Shown here: positions 49,031 to 60,463 of the stretch, in pieces | Position numbering within the stretch: the first letter of the stretch is position 1 | Layout of the letters: each line of letters opens with the position of its first letter | Source: Tubiluchus corallicola | Taxonomy: Eukaryota > Animalia > Priapulida | DNA: 64,000 bases | Reading direction: 5' to 3' | Assembly (NCBI GenBank): GCA_030141605.1 | Contig: JAQGDQ010000149.1 | Location: 421,789-485,788 of the forward strand | Position numbers and translations under genes: made by a program | The notes under the pieces: model-generated | Database searches by the model: none | What the model saw: only the letters and a program-made list of their open reading frames with translations | What the model was told of the DNA's origin: nothing

Positions 49031-52000
49031 TCACTCTGACTGCAAACGACTAAGTGCATCAGCGACTGGGTTTTGTGCCGCAGAAATATGCTCAATTGTG
49101 AAAGCATATTCGGCTAATTTAAGTGCCCCATGGCACAGACGGCGATTACGCTTGCGCATCTTATCAAGAGCAAGAAGACTTCGCTGGTCAGTGCGCAAAA
49201 TGAATTCTCGGCCTTCTAAATAATAACGCAGTTTTTCGATGCTAAATACAACACTTGAGCATTCTAATTCGACCACTGAGTATCTTGTTTCCGGTGCGGT
49301 TAACTTTCTGCTTATGTAAGTAATCGGGACTTCCCCAAGACCATCCTTCCGATCCTGTGAAAGGACAGCTCCGAGACCAGTAAAACTAGCGTCTGTAGTT
49401 AAAATAAATGTCTCATCAAAGTTGGGAGAATGTAGAACACAATCTGAGAGATAATCAGGTAGCTGGATATCATTGATAGACAGAGTTGCTTTGGCTGTTG
49501 GGAAGAATGAATATTCCGGAAGACTAGACTCCTCTACTTGTCTTGCACCAATCTTTACACAGTCATTTTCAATCTCTTCCAAATTAATTTGTGCATTATC
49601 TTTGCTCTCTGCATAGAGGGCTAGGAGAACTAGTTCTTCTTCTCTATCCACATAAGGTTTTAAACGATTTATGTGGCAGATACGACAGTCTCTTCTCTTG
49701 CCAGATTTTCCGATTTTTATTTTGTATGTGTAATCTGAGATTTTGTCTACAATAGGATAGGGTCCACGCCAGGTAGATAACATTTTGCTGCCTTTCTTAA
49801 GACGTTGCAGCATTACCTTATCACCGACTTGGAAGTTCTTTTGTCTAGTCAGCTTATCGTACCATCCCTTTTGAGCCAATTTGGCTGCCTCGAGAGACTG
49901 ATGAGCATCTTCCAGTGTCTCATCTAGTGTATTTAGTATTCGAGTCACATACTCATCCACATCTTCGAGGGCTGGTGGCTTTTCACAGCCCCATCGCTCT
50001 TTCAGCATAGAGAGAGGACCACGGAGGGGATAGCCGAAAACTAATTCGTTTGGCGAATACCCTGTAGATTCCTGAGGAACCTCCCTATAGGCAAATAAGA
50101 CAAAGGGTACAGCTTCATCCCAGGGAAGATTCGGTCGATCTTGTACAAGACGTCGAATAGAGTGTTTCAGGCTTTGGTTATAACGTTCACAAAGCCCATT
50201 AGTAGATGGTGCAAATGCTGAGGTATAAATTCCTTTAACTCCAAGCTCCTGCTCTAATGAACAGGTAAGTGCAGAGGTAAACTGTGTACCTTGGTCTTTA
50301 AGGATCTCACGCGGTATGCCATACCGACAACAAAATTGCAATACTGCCTGAAGGACTGTTTTTGTTTCAATGTTGGGCAAAGGATAACAGTCTGGATAAC
50401 GGGTGGCATGGTCAATAAGTACAAGCGCATACTTATTTCCAGCAGGAGTGCGATCTAGTGGTCCAATGAGATCCATAGCCACACGATAAAATGGCTGAGA
50501 TGGAATGGGTAGTGGCTTAAGTGGGACCTTATCAGATTTACGTACTCTGGCAGTTCTTTGACATGCAATGCATGAACGACAATACTGGCGAACATTTCTT
50601 TTCACATGTGGCCAAATGAATTCCTGTAGGACACGATGTGTCGTTTTATTAATTCGTAAGTGGCCAGCCGTTCGAGCATCATGAGCAAGTTCCAAAACTT
50701 GTTTCCGCAAAACTTTTGGCAAAACCAAAAGCTCACGGGGTGGAGAAGCATTCCGCTGTTTGCACAGGTAGTACAGAACGCCATTGCGGAGAAAATAGCC
50801 TTTACCATTGCGTCTCGCTTCTTTAAGTGTGACCGCATGATCAATCAGATTGCGAAGTGTGACGTCTTCAGTTTGCTCCGTTTTCACCTGCTCTAAGGGT
50901 ATATCAAGTAAACTGTTTTGCACTGCATTTCCAGGAGTAAAAACTTCTTTTTGCAGTTGTTCATCACGTTTTACTTCTGCCTGAAGCTTAGCAGCTTTAG
51001 CTCTCGTCACAGCAAATCCTGTCTCACTTAGTTTCCTTGTGTCATCAAAGGGAGTTGCAGTGGTTGGCACAGGAATTTGGGGTCTTCCTTGCATTTCTGG
51101 TGCTTCTGGTTGGTTCCGTTTATTTTGAGGGTCAACATCAGTTTCTGAAGAGAAAGGTTTCAGCGCTGAAAGGTAATTATTTCCTAACAGGAAGTCAGCT
51201 GGTAAGTTATCTACTACAGTTACTGTGAGACAGCCAGATATATTTAGCGAAGGGCACATGATCTCTATCTCTGCCACTTTACACGGAGCCTTATGTCCGT
51301 GGATACATAACAGGGACTTCGGGTCTTGTTCTAGATATTGTTCTTTTTTAACAAAATTTGGATGCAGCATTGACACATTAGCACCACTGTCACGTTGCCC
51401 AGTAATTGGTTTGCCATTAATTAGAGCTTCAAACATATATGGCAGCGTGTCTTTGGGAATGTCTTTCCATTTTTCATTATTGACGCTTTGAGTCAATTCC
51501 ACATCACTGAAAAGCTGCCTATTCGACTTCCCTAATTTGTTTCGAGTTAAAGCATTGGTACCAGAGGGCGATCGGCATTCAGAACGTCTGTGTCCTGGCT
51601 TGCCGCAGCCATAGCAGACGATTCTTCGAGGTTCTCCTTGGCCTGCATTAGTAGTAGGTGCTGCACTCTGCTTCTTCACCATGGGTCTAGTGGCAAACTT
51701 GTCTGGCCTCCTAAAGTGATCAGGGTTCCTCCCCATATCTTGGTAAGAAGCAACATATTTATCAGCCAGAGTTGCCATTTCCATGCCTGACTGAGGTTCT
51801 TCTCGACGTAGCCATGTAGTTAAGTCTGTAGGCATCTTATTCATCATTTGTTCCATGGCAATTAGTTGGAAGAGCTGAGGGTAAGAGTCAACAGCGTCCA
51901 TGGCCTCTACATAATCAGTTAAGGCTCGTTCAACCTTCAAGAAAAATTGCCGATATGTTTCATTCTTTGACTTCTCTAAAGTTCTGAAACGTTTCCGGTA

Positions 52001-52897
52001 CACATCAGTACTCAAGATGTATGCATTAACCAGTGCTTTTCTAACTAGAGAATAATTTTTGACGTCGGTTCGAGGAAGTTGCTGGTAGGCGTTTGCTGCC
52101 CTGCCAGTAAGAGCTGGCCCTATGCACGCGGACCAATATTCTTCTTCAATTCCATTTGTAACAGCGCAAGTCTCGAACCAGTCCAGGAACTCATGTATAT
52201 CTTCCTTGTCTTCATAGTAAGTTCGCACTTTCATGCGTTTGCAAGGTGCGCAAAAAGGTGCAGTGGGGGTGGAAGCAGCAATAGGGCTCAACACAGGCAT
52301 ACTTTGATGCAAAGAAGTAGAGGGGGCAACCTCAAGTTTACGCATTTCTAGTTGCACAATTTGCTGTTGCAACTGGAGAAATTCTTTGGCGACTTCGCCA
52401 TCCAAGGTAGATAAAGCCTCTGCGGTTAATTCAGGAAGCTTAATTGGCTTTGATTCCACCTTAACGTCTCCTAACACTGGCATTGGTGCGACAGTAGTCC
52501 TTTGTGGGGCGGATCCAGGTTCTTGAGCGCCGCGAAGCTCTGCAGCGACAGGCGTCCCCGTCGAAGCTATAAGCTTGTTCGTTGGGCGTGTACTTTGACC
52601 TTGGTCAACGAGACCTGAAACAAAAGACTGGGTAGACCTTTCAATGGCGCCAGCGACTCCGTCTGGCGTACGAACAGTGTCAACGTTTACACCTTTTACA
52701 TGGCCCGGTGTTAGAGGTAAGTCTGAAAATTGTTGCCCTTGTTCCATTGTTTTATATGCTTGCAAAATGTGTTGTATGTACTGTGTTTTAGTTGTCTTGT
52801 TCGGGTCTAAAAGTAACCCTAATGTATTAGCTACTTCAAATAACTGTGGTTTGTTTGATTGCTTAAGATCAGTTTCCGTGTACTGCCGTGGTTCCAT
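49031..52897 (-). CDS. Gag(SCAN-like CA, CCHC)-protease-integrase-RNase H polyprotein lacking reverse transcriptase
   Basis: Open ~1288 aa from ATG 52897: SCAN-like YRKRFR..ETYRQF..MEQMM..WLRREEP..LADKY; CYGCGKPGHRRSEC; RDSGA; HDARTAGH..CIAC; MDLIGP/KDQGTQF/NGLCERYN; WRGPY; TDAS..ELE..TDQ..ADALSR. No YxDD or other RT motifs. Confidence 0.92.
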   Translation of the reverse strand: MEPRQYTETDLKQSNKPQLFEVANTLGLLLDPNKTTKTQYIQHILQAYKTMEQGQQFSDLPLTPGHVKGVNVDTVRTPDGVAGAIERSTQSFVSGLVDQGQSTRPTNKLIASTGTPVAAELRGAQEPGSAPQRTTVAPMPVLGDVKVESKPIKLPELTAEALSTLDGEVAKEFLQLQQQIVQLEMRKLEVAPSTSLHQSMPVLSPIAASTPTAPFCAPCKRMKVRTYYEDKEDIHEFLDWFETCAVTNGIEEEYWSACIGPALTGRAANAYQQLPRTDVKNYSLVRKALVNAYILSTDVYRKRFRTLEKSKNETYRQFFLKVERALTDYVEAMDAVDSYPQLFQLIAMEQMMNKMPTDLTTWLRREEPQSGMEMATLADKYVASYQDMGRNPDHFRRPDKFATRPMVKKQSAAPTTNAGQGEPRRIVCYGCGKPGHRRSECRSPSGTNALTRNKLGKSNRQLFSDVELTQSVNNEKWKDIPKDTLPYMFEALINGKPITGQRDSGANVSMLHPNFVKKEQYLEQDPKSLLCIHGHKAPCKVAEIEIMCPSLNISGCLTVTVVDNLPADFLLGNNYLSALKPFSSETDVDPQNKRNQPEAPEMQGRPQIPVPTTATPFDDTRKLSETGFAVTRAKAAKLQAEVKRDEQLQKEVFTPGNAVQNSLLDIPLEQVKTEQTEDVTLRNLIDHAVTLKEARRNGKGYFLRNGVLYYLCKQRNASPPRELLVLPKVLRKQVLELAHDARTAGHLRINKTTHRVLQEFIWPHVKRNVRQYCRSCIACQRTARVRKSDKVPLKPLPIPSQPFYRVAMDLIGPLDRTPAGNKYALVLIDHATRYPDCYPLPNIETKTVLQAVLQFCCRYGIPREILKDQGTQFTSALTCSLEQELGVKGIYTSAFAPSTNGLCERYNQSLKHSIRRLVQDRPNLPWDEAVPFVLFAYREVPQESTGYSPNELVFGYPLRGPLSMLKERWGCEKPPALEDVDEYVTRILNTLDETLEDAHQSLEAAKLAQKGWYDKLTRQKNFQVGDKVMLQRLKKGSKMLSTWRGPYPIVDKISDYTYKIKIGKSGKRRDCRICHINRLKPYVDREEELVLLALYAESKDNAQINLEEIENDCVKIGARQVEESSLPEYSFFPTAKATLSINDIQLPDYLSDCVLHSPNFDETFILTTDASFTGLGAVLSQDRKDGLGEVPITYISRKLTAPETRYSVVELECSSVVFSIEKLRYYLEGREFILRTDQRSLLALDKMRKRNRRLCHGALKLAEYAFTIEHISAAQNPVADALSRLQSE

Positions 52898-53527
52898 GAT
52901 AAACAATTACGTAAACAACCGAAACAATAAGTTGTTAAACCACGAGCGCTATCAAAGTGCCAAGCAAGCGTTACAATACTACGTCTAATTACTCCTGTGT
53001 TAAAACCAACAAAACACGTGCGCAGTAGTTTTTACTAATGACAATGAAGACTGCCAGCGCCTGCCTTCCGCCGTAGCTCATTAGAAATAAACTATAAGCA
53101 CAATGACGTAATATTAATTAACTGACGCAAACAAAGCGTTTCAAGGCTTGCTGTAAACAAGGATCGAGTCAGTAAATAAATTGTGCAAAGATTAAAAGCG
53201 AAGCAAACTGGCTATAGACCTTAATGTCAGACAACATACTATACAATAACTGAAAACAAGATTGAACTGGGCTTCTTTAGCGCAGTATAAACAGGAATTA
53301 TTTATCACTGAACTGCCCAAGGTCTGATAACCTTGACGGACCAACAAAATAATTGCGGAAGTACATGCAAAATTTACACAGCTAAACCGGTCTAGTTATT
53401 TGCAAATAAAGGACAAATTTAAGCTACAGTGTCCGTAAACGCTAGCCGAACAGGAAAAGAACATAATTTATCAATAGACAAACGCAAACGTCGCTTACAA
53501 AAATTATGTCAGCAGAGCCACTTTAAA

Positions 53528-53538
53528 TTCTGACACCA
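53528..53538 (-). other. Primer-binding site complementary to the tRNA-Leu 3' end
   Basis: Minus strand TGGTGTCAGAA, 2 nt inside the 5' LTR; complements the ...TTCTGACACCA end of metazoan tRNA-Leu. Confidence 0.8.
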
Positions 53539-53540
53539 TT

Positions 53541-54830
53541 TGTGATATATGTGGTGTACCACCTATGATATAGGACGCTTTCGTTACGACACCACAAACA
53601 CTTTTTGCTACTAATTACCGATATGTGCTGACACGTGGGTTCAGTGAATCTTTCCATTTAAGCATAGTTCACAAACATGTATACAGAATAGAAGCAAATA
53701 AAACAGTTTTTAATATTACCGATAAATTCTGTGTTCAATGAGAGAATAAGAAGTAAAAACAATTTACTTTAAACCAAAACAACAACAAACTTGTTATAAT
53801 TACAAACGACGTTTCTAGATGACTTACGATAATCAGAAGACTAGTTAGCCCCAACCCAGGTGAGGGAGAAGGATGTAAGGTAAGTATACTTATCAGTTGT
53901 AGTGACTGCAGTCGGAAGCTGTCGGATTCAACGTTTGACGATCTCCATCACTCTGGAAGCTGGAATAACGTGACTAACCGGTTATGCAAACTTCCTGGAA
54001 TCTTGTGCAGTTACTCTTCCAAAGCTCAGCAGGGGATGGAATCTTACGTTGCCACTTCTACAATGCTTGTCAGGTGTACCGAAGTCGTAAGTGGTTACTT
54101 CACTAATCCTAGTGGAGTGCAGTGGAGTCCTGACCCGTGGAGCTCGTGTAACTACCATTGATACTGCGTCTGGTCATAACCTGGTTGTTTCTGCACCGGA
54201 TCTCCTGAATTTCCGTTTACAGCAGTACGTCTAATAAGAATAACAGCCAGTTTATGGGTGTTTCCGCCTCACGGCTCGAACACCTAACCCTTTGGTGTGT
54301 CAGTGCCCTTTAATCACTTTCTGTCTCCACAGTAATTAAGTCTTGACTTCGATTGCTAATGTATGTTTCGTCGGAAGCCATATTTGACGACTTCACTGGC
54401 TTAGCACGTTCGACCCACTGTCTTGAACCTAGTTTCAATTTCTAGAACAGGTAAAACTGGATGACCTTGTCCTTTAACACGACGATTCATTGGCCAGAGA
54501 GCCTGTTCAGTTGAGCATATGACCAATCACTTACTTTCTTGTAAAGGAGATCTAGGACAGGTATAAGGTGGGACCCTTCCCAGAGCTAACTAGGTGCATG
54601 CTCATATATGTACAGTCACAACTTGCTTTACTGTAGTAGGTAAATTCGCTTAATGAGTAATTAACTAATGACTCATTCAATTAACATAAGTAATTAGCTA
54701 ACTTAAGCTATTAATGCAGCCTAAGTATGGGACATACACAAAAATCATACTAGAATACAGTTCAACTATATTAGAAGGGGTTGCAATGCTGCTCGGTAGT
54801 TCTTATATTCCAGACTGACGTCACGGACGT
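53541..54830 (-). repeat. 5' LTR of the Gmr1-like element (last 4 bp lost in an assembly gap)
   Basis: Direct repeat of 46987-48276; ends at NNN (54831-54833). Confidence 0.95.
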
Positions 54831-54833
54831 NNN
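54831..54833. other. Assembly gap (nnn)
   Basis: Directly visible. Contiguity across this point is not guaranteed. Confidence 0.99.
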
Positions 54834-55240
54834 ACCAAGTTTCTTGAGGAATTAGGGTCGTCCCGAGTGTAGGATTTAGTTGACACTATGAAACATGCTT
54901 TGAAGAATTGCTGTTTCTTAGCGAATTAGCCAGATTAAGTTTTTCAGCAGTTGCCCATTTTTGGATGTCATCCGACAGCAAGCGAGACAAATAACTAGCC
55001 AAGGATGAGTCCATTGAGAGAGCAAGAGTCAAAGCATTCATCACTGGTTCATATTTTCCCTGATTAGTTGTCAAAGCCATCCACGATTTGGGCTGTGGTA
55101 TTTTTAGCCATCTCCTAAAGATCGGATAACCGGACTCTATGTACACCAAATCATTACAAGTAGATGTTCTCACCCCCAGTAAATAGTTCATTAATTCCAC
55201 TAAATTTCTTTGCATTACATTATATCTTCAGTTTCTGACT
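54834..55240 (-). mobile_element. Decayed LINE ORF2 C-terminal fragment
   Basis: LMNYLLGVRTSTCNDLVYIESGYP resembles the post-RT 'LGV..ST.N..VY.E.G' motif of CR1/L2-group LINEs. Confidence 0.6.
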
Positions 55241-55561
55241 GTTCATGATAGATACAACGCTGTACAAGTTACAACTTCCGTGGCGCAGTAGTTTGAATGC
55301 AATAACCCACATTGCACAGCATTGCAGCTGCATGCTTACACATTACACTACATTTTATTGTATTACATTAATTTTTCAGTTTCTGGCCAATTCATATGAT
55401 ACACAACAGTGTACAAATTACGACTTTCGTGCACTCATGTTTAATATCGTACACTACATTATGTTATGTTATTACGTCTTCGTTCAGTACGTATTTACGT
55501 TAGACAAGTATCACCTTCTTATTTTAAATACCTAATGTTTCCGTTAATCTTGATCGTATAG

Positions 55562-56795
55562 TGTAAGGTGACTTAAATCTATATATCGTATAGATTGAAT
55601 TTAATATGTCCACTTAATTTCTAATTGCTATAAGGCGAATTCTCCACCTGGCTCCGAGGGCTTTAGATATTAGTCTAGCAAGCAATGATCGTCTTATCTA
55701 AACTTCACCTTGACCTTCGCGTTGTGAGAAAAGGTCTATTTCCCTCAAGTTTCCTAGCAACGCTCCCGCAATATGAGCGCTAGTTAATTCAAAGCGAACT
55801 AATCAGATTCGTATATCGGAAATAGTGTTGCTTGAGTTAAACACTCTAATATCATACATTAACTCAATCGTTAAATGTCAAAGAGAATTACTTTATTGAT
55901 TTACAATAATTACTGCTTCTAGATAGCTTACAAGATTAGTTCTTATGCGCTTTTGACGCGTACAACTAGTTTATAGCTTCCAAAAGTATCTCTCTGAACA
56001 ATTCTTCAATTCTATCACCTAAGGTGTACTCTACACTTATCCTATAGTACAATGTGAACTTGTACGAACTACAGATATGCACAGTTAATTCTCAGTTTAC
56101 CAATGTGTTAAGATTACTTAACTCTGCGGATTTGACCACAATGTACCCAGTACAATTTGGCCAACTCCAATAGTTGATATGAAACTCTCGTTGTCCAGTG
56201 CCTAGATTATCCTAGGAACGCAGAAAGATGTCTACGCTGAACTTCTCAAGTTGTCCCAATCTCCTCTGTCAAGTAGCCCTCTTGTGTGATTCGTCACACA
56301 CACACACGTGTCTCTTCCAGTACGATCGGGTGGAACGAGCGCTGGGTTATTCGAACTCATGGCTTATATCTCATCGAAGTAACCTCGTAATAACCTTGCA
56401 CGATTTCAACGTCGCACGCAACATTTAGATTTATTGGACAGCTGGGAGGACAAAGTCATCGTAACCCGTAAAACTCATCAGTCCTCTTTTCTTCAAGAAA
56501 CAGTGACCTCGCAGAGTTTTCGTCAATTACTAGTAACTTGTGCATATAGCTTATAATAAATGGTACACCCGTTTCAACCTAATATTAGCTAATTATCCTG
56601 AGCATCCTAGAGTGTCCTTACGTAAACGATAAATTTTACTTCTTGCATCCTACGCTTTCACAGCTCATTAAATTCGAGCTTAACAGCTGAATGAGTTCCA
56701 TTGCACCATTTTTAAATTTATTCATGCAATCAGGGAGGCATGCGATTTCATACCAAAATATCGAAAATCATCGATTTATAATTTTATTCACCACA
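55562..56795 (-). repeat. Candidate 3' LTR of the env-bearing element (~1234 bp)
   Basis: Minus-strand PPT AGGGGAGGAAAG (~56797-56808) precedes TGTGGTGA; the candidate far end is TCACCTTACA (imperfect inverted match). A TATA-like GATATAAG (~56362-56370) and AATAAA (~55892-55897) are in the right order. No second copy in the window to confirm. Confidence 0.6.
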
Positions 56796-57275
56796 ACTTT
56801 CCTCCCCTAACACTCACTTCAGATGTAGCACGCATTTAATGATCCGATCTAAGATCTTATCTTTTGGAAGCTCCTTAATTAGGTACATTAGCAATATTAC
56901 ATGTTACATCTTAATATATTATGGGACGTTCCATCTTGGAGGTCATGGTGGCAGGATACCATTGTCCATCGAGTCTCTTCGGCTTCCCGGACCGGGGTTG
57001 TGATTCCATTGATCTCTTGAGATTCTTCCTCAGATACACCCCTTATTGTCTTTACCGACTTCATCTTCTTCCCGCCTTCCATCTCCAATGGTCCCATCAT
57101 TCTGTAACATAAAATACATTCTGCAGTATCATAAGTTCATTAAATATCATTTCTTATACAATTATTTACATCGATCCCTCTATACCTAATTGGGTGGTTC
57201 CTCTACCATCATCCAATATTACCAGCCTGTTATGTATATACTAAACTACAATTTTAGTATTATGTCCATCCTCAA

Positions 57276-59505
57276 TTATATTTCTGTGACCCGTTCGATC
57301 CTTCTCGGGTTAGTTTTTCGGGCAGCGGGTTGAGGTATCTCCCTCAACTCCAGCTCCTCAGGGTCCTCAACATGCTGTCTAGTCCTTTTAACCTTAACCC
57401 TGGGTTCCTGTTCTTCAGGAGTCCCAGAGGGCATGTGTCTTGTCACCTTAACAGGTTGTTCGTCGTCAGTCGGGGTTTTGGTATACCTAGTACCTATTCT
57501 AGGCATCAAAGAATTTAAAACCAAAAGGCCACTTCTCCTTTTCCAATAGCAGATTACTCCTACTATCAGGAGGACGGCCACTATAACCCCTATTAAGACC
57601 CATTTTCTAAAACCCGTTAGCCAATCTGTGGCTCCCGTCTCGTTCAACGCTTGTCGTTGTCGTTCAAGTCGTTCCCCATTTTGTTCCATGGAGGTTTTAA
57701 GGTCGTCTAAGGATAAATTGAATTGGTCCCAAGTCTGGTGTGCTTGTGGTTTCACATATTCGGGGATCATATCTACCGTACCGGGAGTTATGTTCTGTAA
57801 TTCACTCAATTCTCTATAGAACCTCTCAATCATCTCACTCGTCGGCAACTCAATTTGGTCTTCTTTCATCCGTATTTGTGAGTTCCGGTAATAATAGGTG
57901 GGTAGCTCAAAAGACCTTGAGTGTACCTTACACCCATTCCCAATGACTATTAATTTAGGTTCTTTTAATCCTCTCTTCTGAGGATGTTATTCTGTTAGTT
58001 CCAGGGCTTGGACAGGTATATGTAATCAAAGTCTCACTAAATGGAGATACATACCAAGTCCCGGCAGTAATATAGGTCACAACTACCTCTGGGTGTTTTA
58101 TTACTTTTACCCTACGCTCGCAGGCTTCTAATGTCTTATCGGGCCGGTTATGAAACAACACGGCTGGACATGCCGTTGCGTAAGCAGTTGACCTTACTGG
58201 TACTTTTAATTGGCACGGTTCTCTACTCCTATCTAAACATAACTCCGTATCATGATTCTCGGGTAAGAAGAACTTCGTTCTTTCTATATTGATACCAAAA
58301 TATTTCCTTCCTGGATCAAGGTAAATATAGCCCGAAGAATTCGGCATTATCATTGGTATAGGTGCAATCTGAAATAAGTCGAACCTATCTTGATCAGGCT
58401 GCAGCGATATGAGGGCTAGCACCGCATATCCTTCGGCTGTAGCCAATAACATGACTTCCATAGTCTCGTAATAATATAGTAAATCTCCTTCCGGCCTTTC
58501 CGGTAAGGACAAAGTACTAGGTAATGCCTTCTGTATCTCGTACAGTGTATCTCGCAACTGTGCAGGTCCTAATAAGAGAGGTGACATTGTGCCTAACAAT
58601 AAGGTAGACAACATATCCATTGTCTTATGCACATTATCAGTCAACCTTCGCATTGTATTGGAAATACGCTGCATCAGTGCCATTATTTCAGTTAAAGCTA
58701 CCATCTCATGAGTCATGATCTGGGCGTGGTATGCAAATTCCACTTTAAGATCAGCTAAATTATATTTCAGGTCGGCAGTGTCATTCTGTAATAACATTAT
58801 ATGCCTTGTATTCTCCTGACTCTGGATGTGCGTATAATTAATTAAAGTCACAGATTTTTCAAGGATGTGCTGCATAGATTCTTGGGAGGCTTGTATCAGA
58901 TTTAGCTTTCCGGCCAGGGCTTGTATGTCTTCCTCGGTTGCAGTTCCGGTTAGGGCTTTAGAGATTTTCCCTAGAAAGGGAAGTAAGCTTCGCCTCGATC
59001 GGCTTCCTCTAGCCCAACCGTCTAGATTCATTTCGGATGAAGGTTCAAGCCTGGACTTATCCTTGCTTGGGGATAGTTGACGGTTTCCTGCTCTCTCAGA
59101 GGCCAGAAGATGCGCTATATCGCTCGTCTTTTGCTCTAGCTCTTGTATCTGAGCCAGATATGTGGAAGCAGTAGTGTTTACCAACACTGTAATGGCTTCC
59201 AGGAACCTATCCTCCTGATACTGGGTAGTGTGGGGTTCATCCACACGTTTAGCCGGGTCCCAAGAATGATTTCTTAGTATAATCATTTCTCGCTTTAAGG
59301 CTTCCAAGCAAAGTTCAACTGGGCTAATGTTCAATTGCATTAATAGGGCCCATCTAGATTGAGATACTTGGACTTCACCTCTACGTATAAAGATTGCTCC
59401 GGGACTCGTTACTACATTGGCTTCACAGAGTACCAACATGAGACTCCCGAACATCCACAGCACTATTCTGGATTCCATATTCTGAAAAATAGGCCAAAAC
59501 ATCAT
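57276..59505 (-). CDS. env: Env / class I fusion glycoprotein of baculovirus-F/errantivirus type, broken by one frameshift near 57960
   Basis: Signal peptide (IVLWMFGSLMLVLCEA), furin site RSRR (59001-58990) followed by fusion peptide SLLPFLGKISKALTGTATEED, heptad-like region with N-glycosylation sequons (NHS, NTT, NYT, NDT, NSS), Cys-rich region, TM WVLIGVIVAVLLIVGVICYW-KRR and a long cytoplasmic tail. ORFs 57955-59529 and 57276-57869 join by removing 1 nt. Confidence 0.88.
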
Positions 59506-60463
59506 AGCCTTGAAAAAGTCTGGACCCACTGTACGTTTAACTCAATTAATTATTCTCTTATTCTTCAGGTTAGGGGACTTTCCTCCCCCTAGAGTAGCCC
59601 TAACCTCTTTCATGAAATTAGTAAGCTATTAAGTTCCAGCCTTACTATTCATCCTTAGATCTGCTGCGCGTAGGCAGATATTAGTTCCCAACCCAATTAG
59701 AGGTTAAGCATATCAAGAGTTCATAACTATACTAAACCGCTCGCTAACAGCTTCTGATCTACCTAATTTAATCTTTAAATTTATCCCGCATGCGTTGCCT
59801 TCAATTCTATTTGAATCAAGGATTTTTCTCTTTTACATAGCGTTGCGCACATTTATACTTCCGAAGCAATGCTCAAGATATTTGGCCTTTATCAATGGCT
59901 ACTTATATCTTATGTTAACCACTGTGCACGGTGATTGGCAAACACTGCTCTCGGTAGCATACTCCACTATTTTTATGTCTCAAAGCTTTATTATTTACTT
60001 ATAGGTCGGGTTCCTATCTGTTCGCATTCTATTCATTCCAACCACTATTCTTTACTTTAACCTCACTTTATACTGCGTACTATACATATTTTTCCTTTTA
60101 AATTATTTACCTAGGTTTTTCTTTAAGTATTCCTCATTTTTATTTTATTTTCCTCTAGACCAAGCTTTGACAGTATTCTTCAGTGACCCCTATATAACAC
60201 AGCGTCCCATGTTAACAGTTGCACTTATGCGTGCTGCCCTCTGTAGTCCAACGAGTCAGCAGGCCTGCCTGACTCCGTCGACCACGCTTGACCTGTCTTC
60301 TTATTTCTAGTTACATTTCCTATACTGCGCTGTTCACTACCTTAGCTGAGAGATGCGCTACGACTCCTTTTGTGCCCTCAGGCACTTAACTTTCACTTTC
60401 TCTAAAATTCTACTTAGGAGGTCGTTACACTAATGCGAACACCTGTACTCTATTTTAAAACTT

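Larger units (their letters stand above)
46987..54830 (-). mobile_element. Gmr1-like Ty3/gypsy LTR retrotransposon, full LTR-to-LTR, RT-deleted
   Basis: Two direct repeats of ~1.29 kb, a tRNA-Leu-type PBS, a G-rich PPT at ~48283-48290, and a single ORF with integrase upstream of RNase H (Gmr1 order). The right end abuts an NNN gap. Confidence 0.92.
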
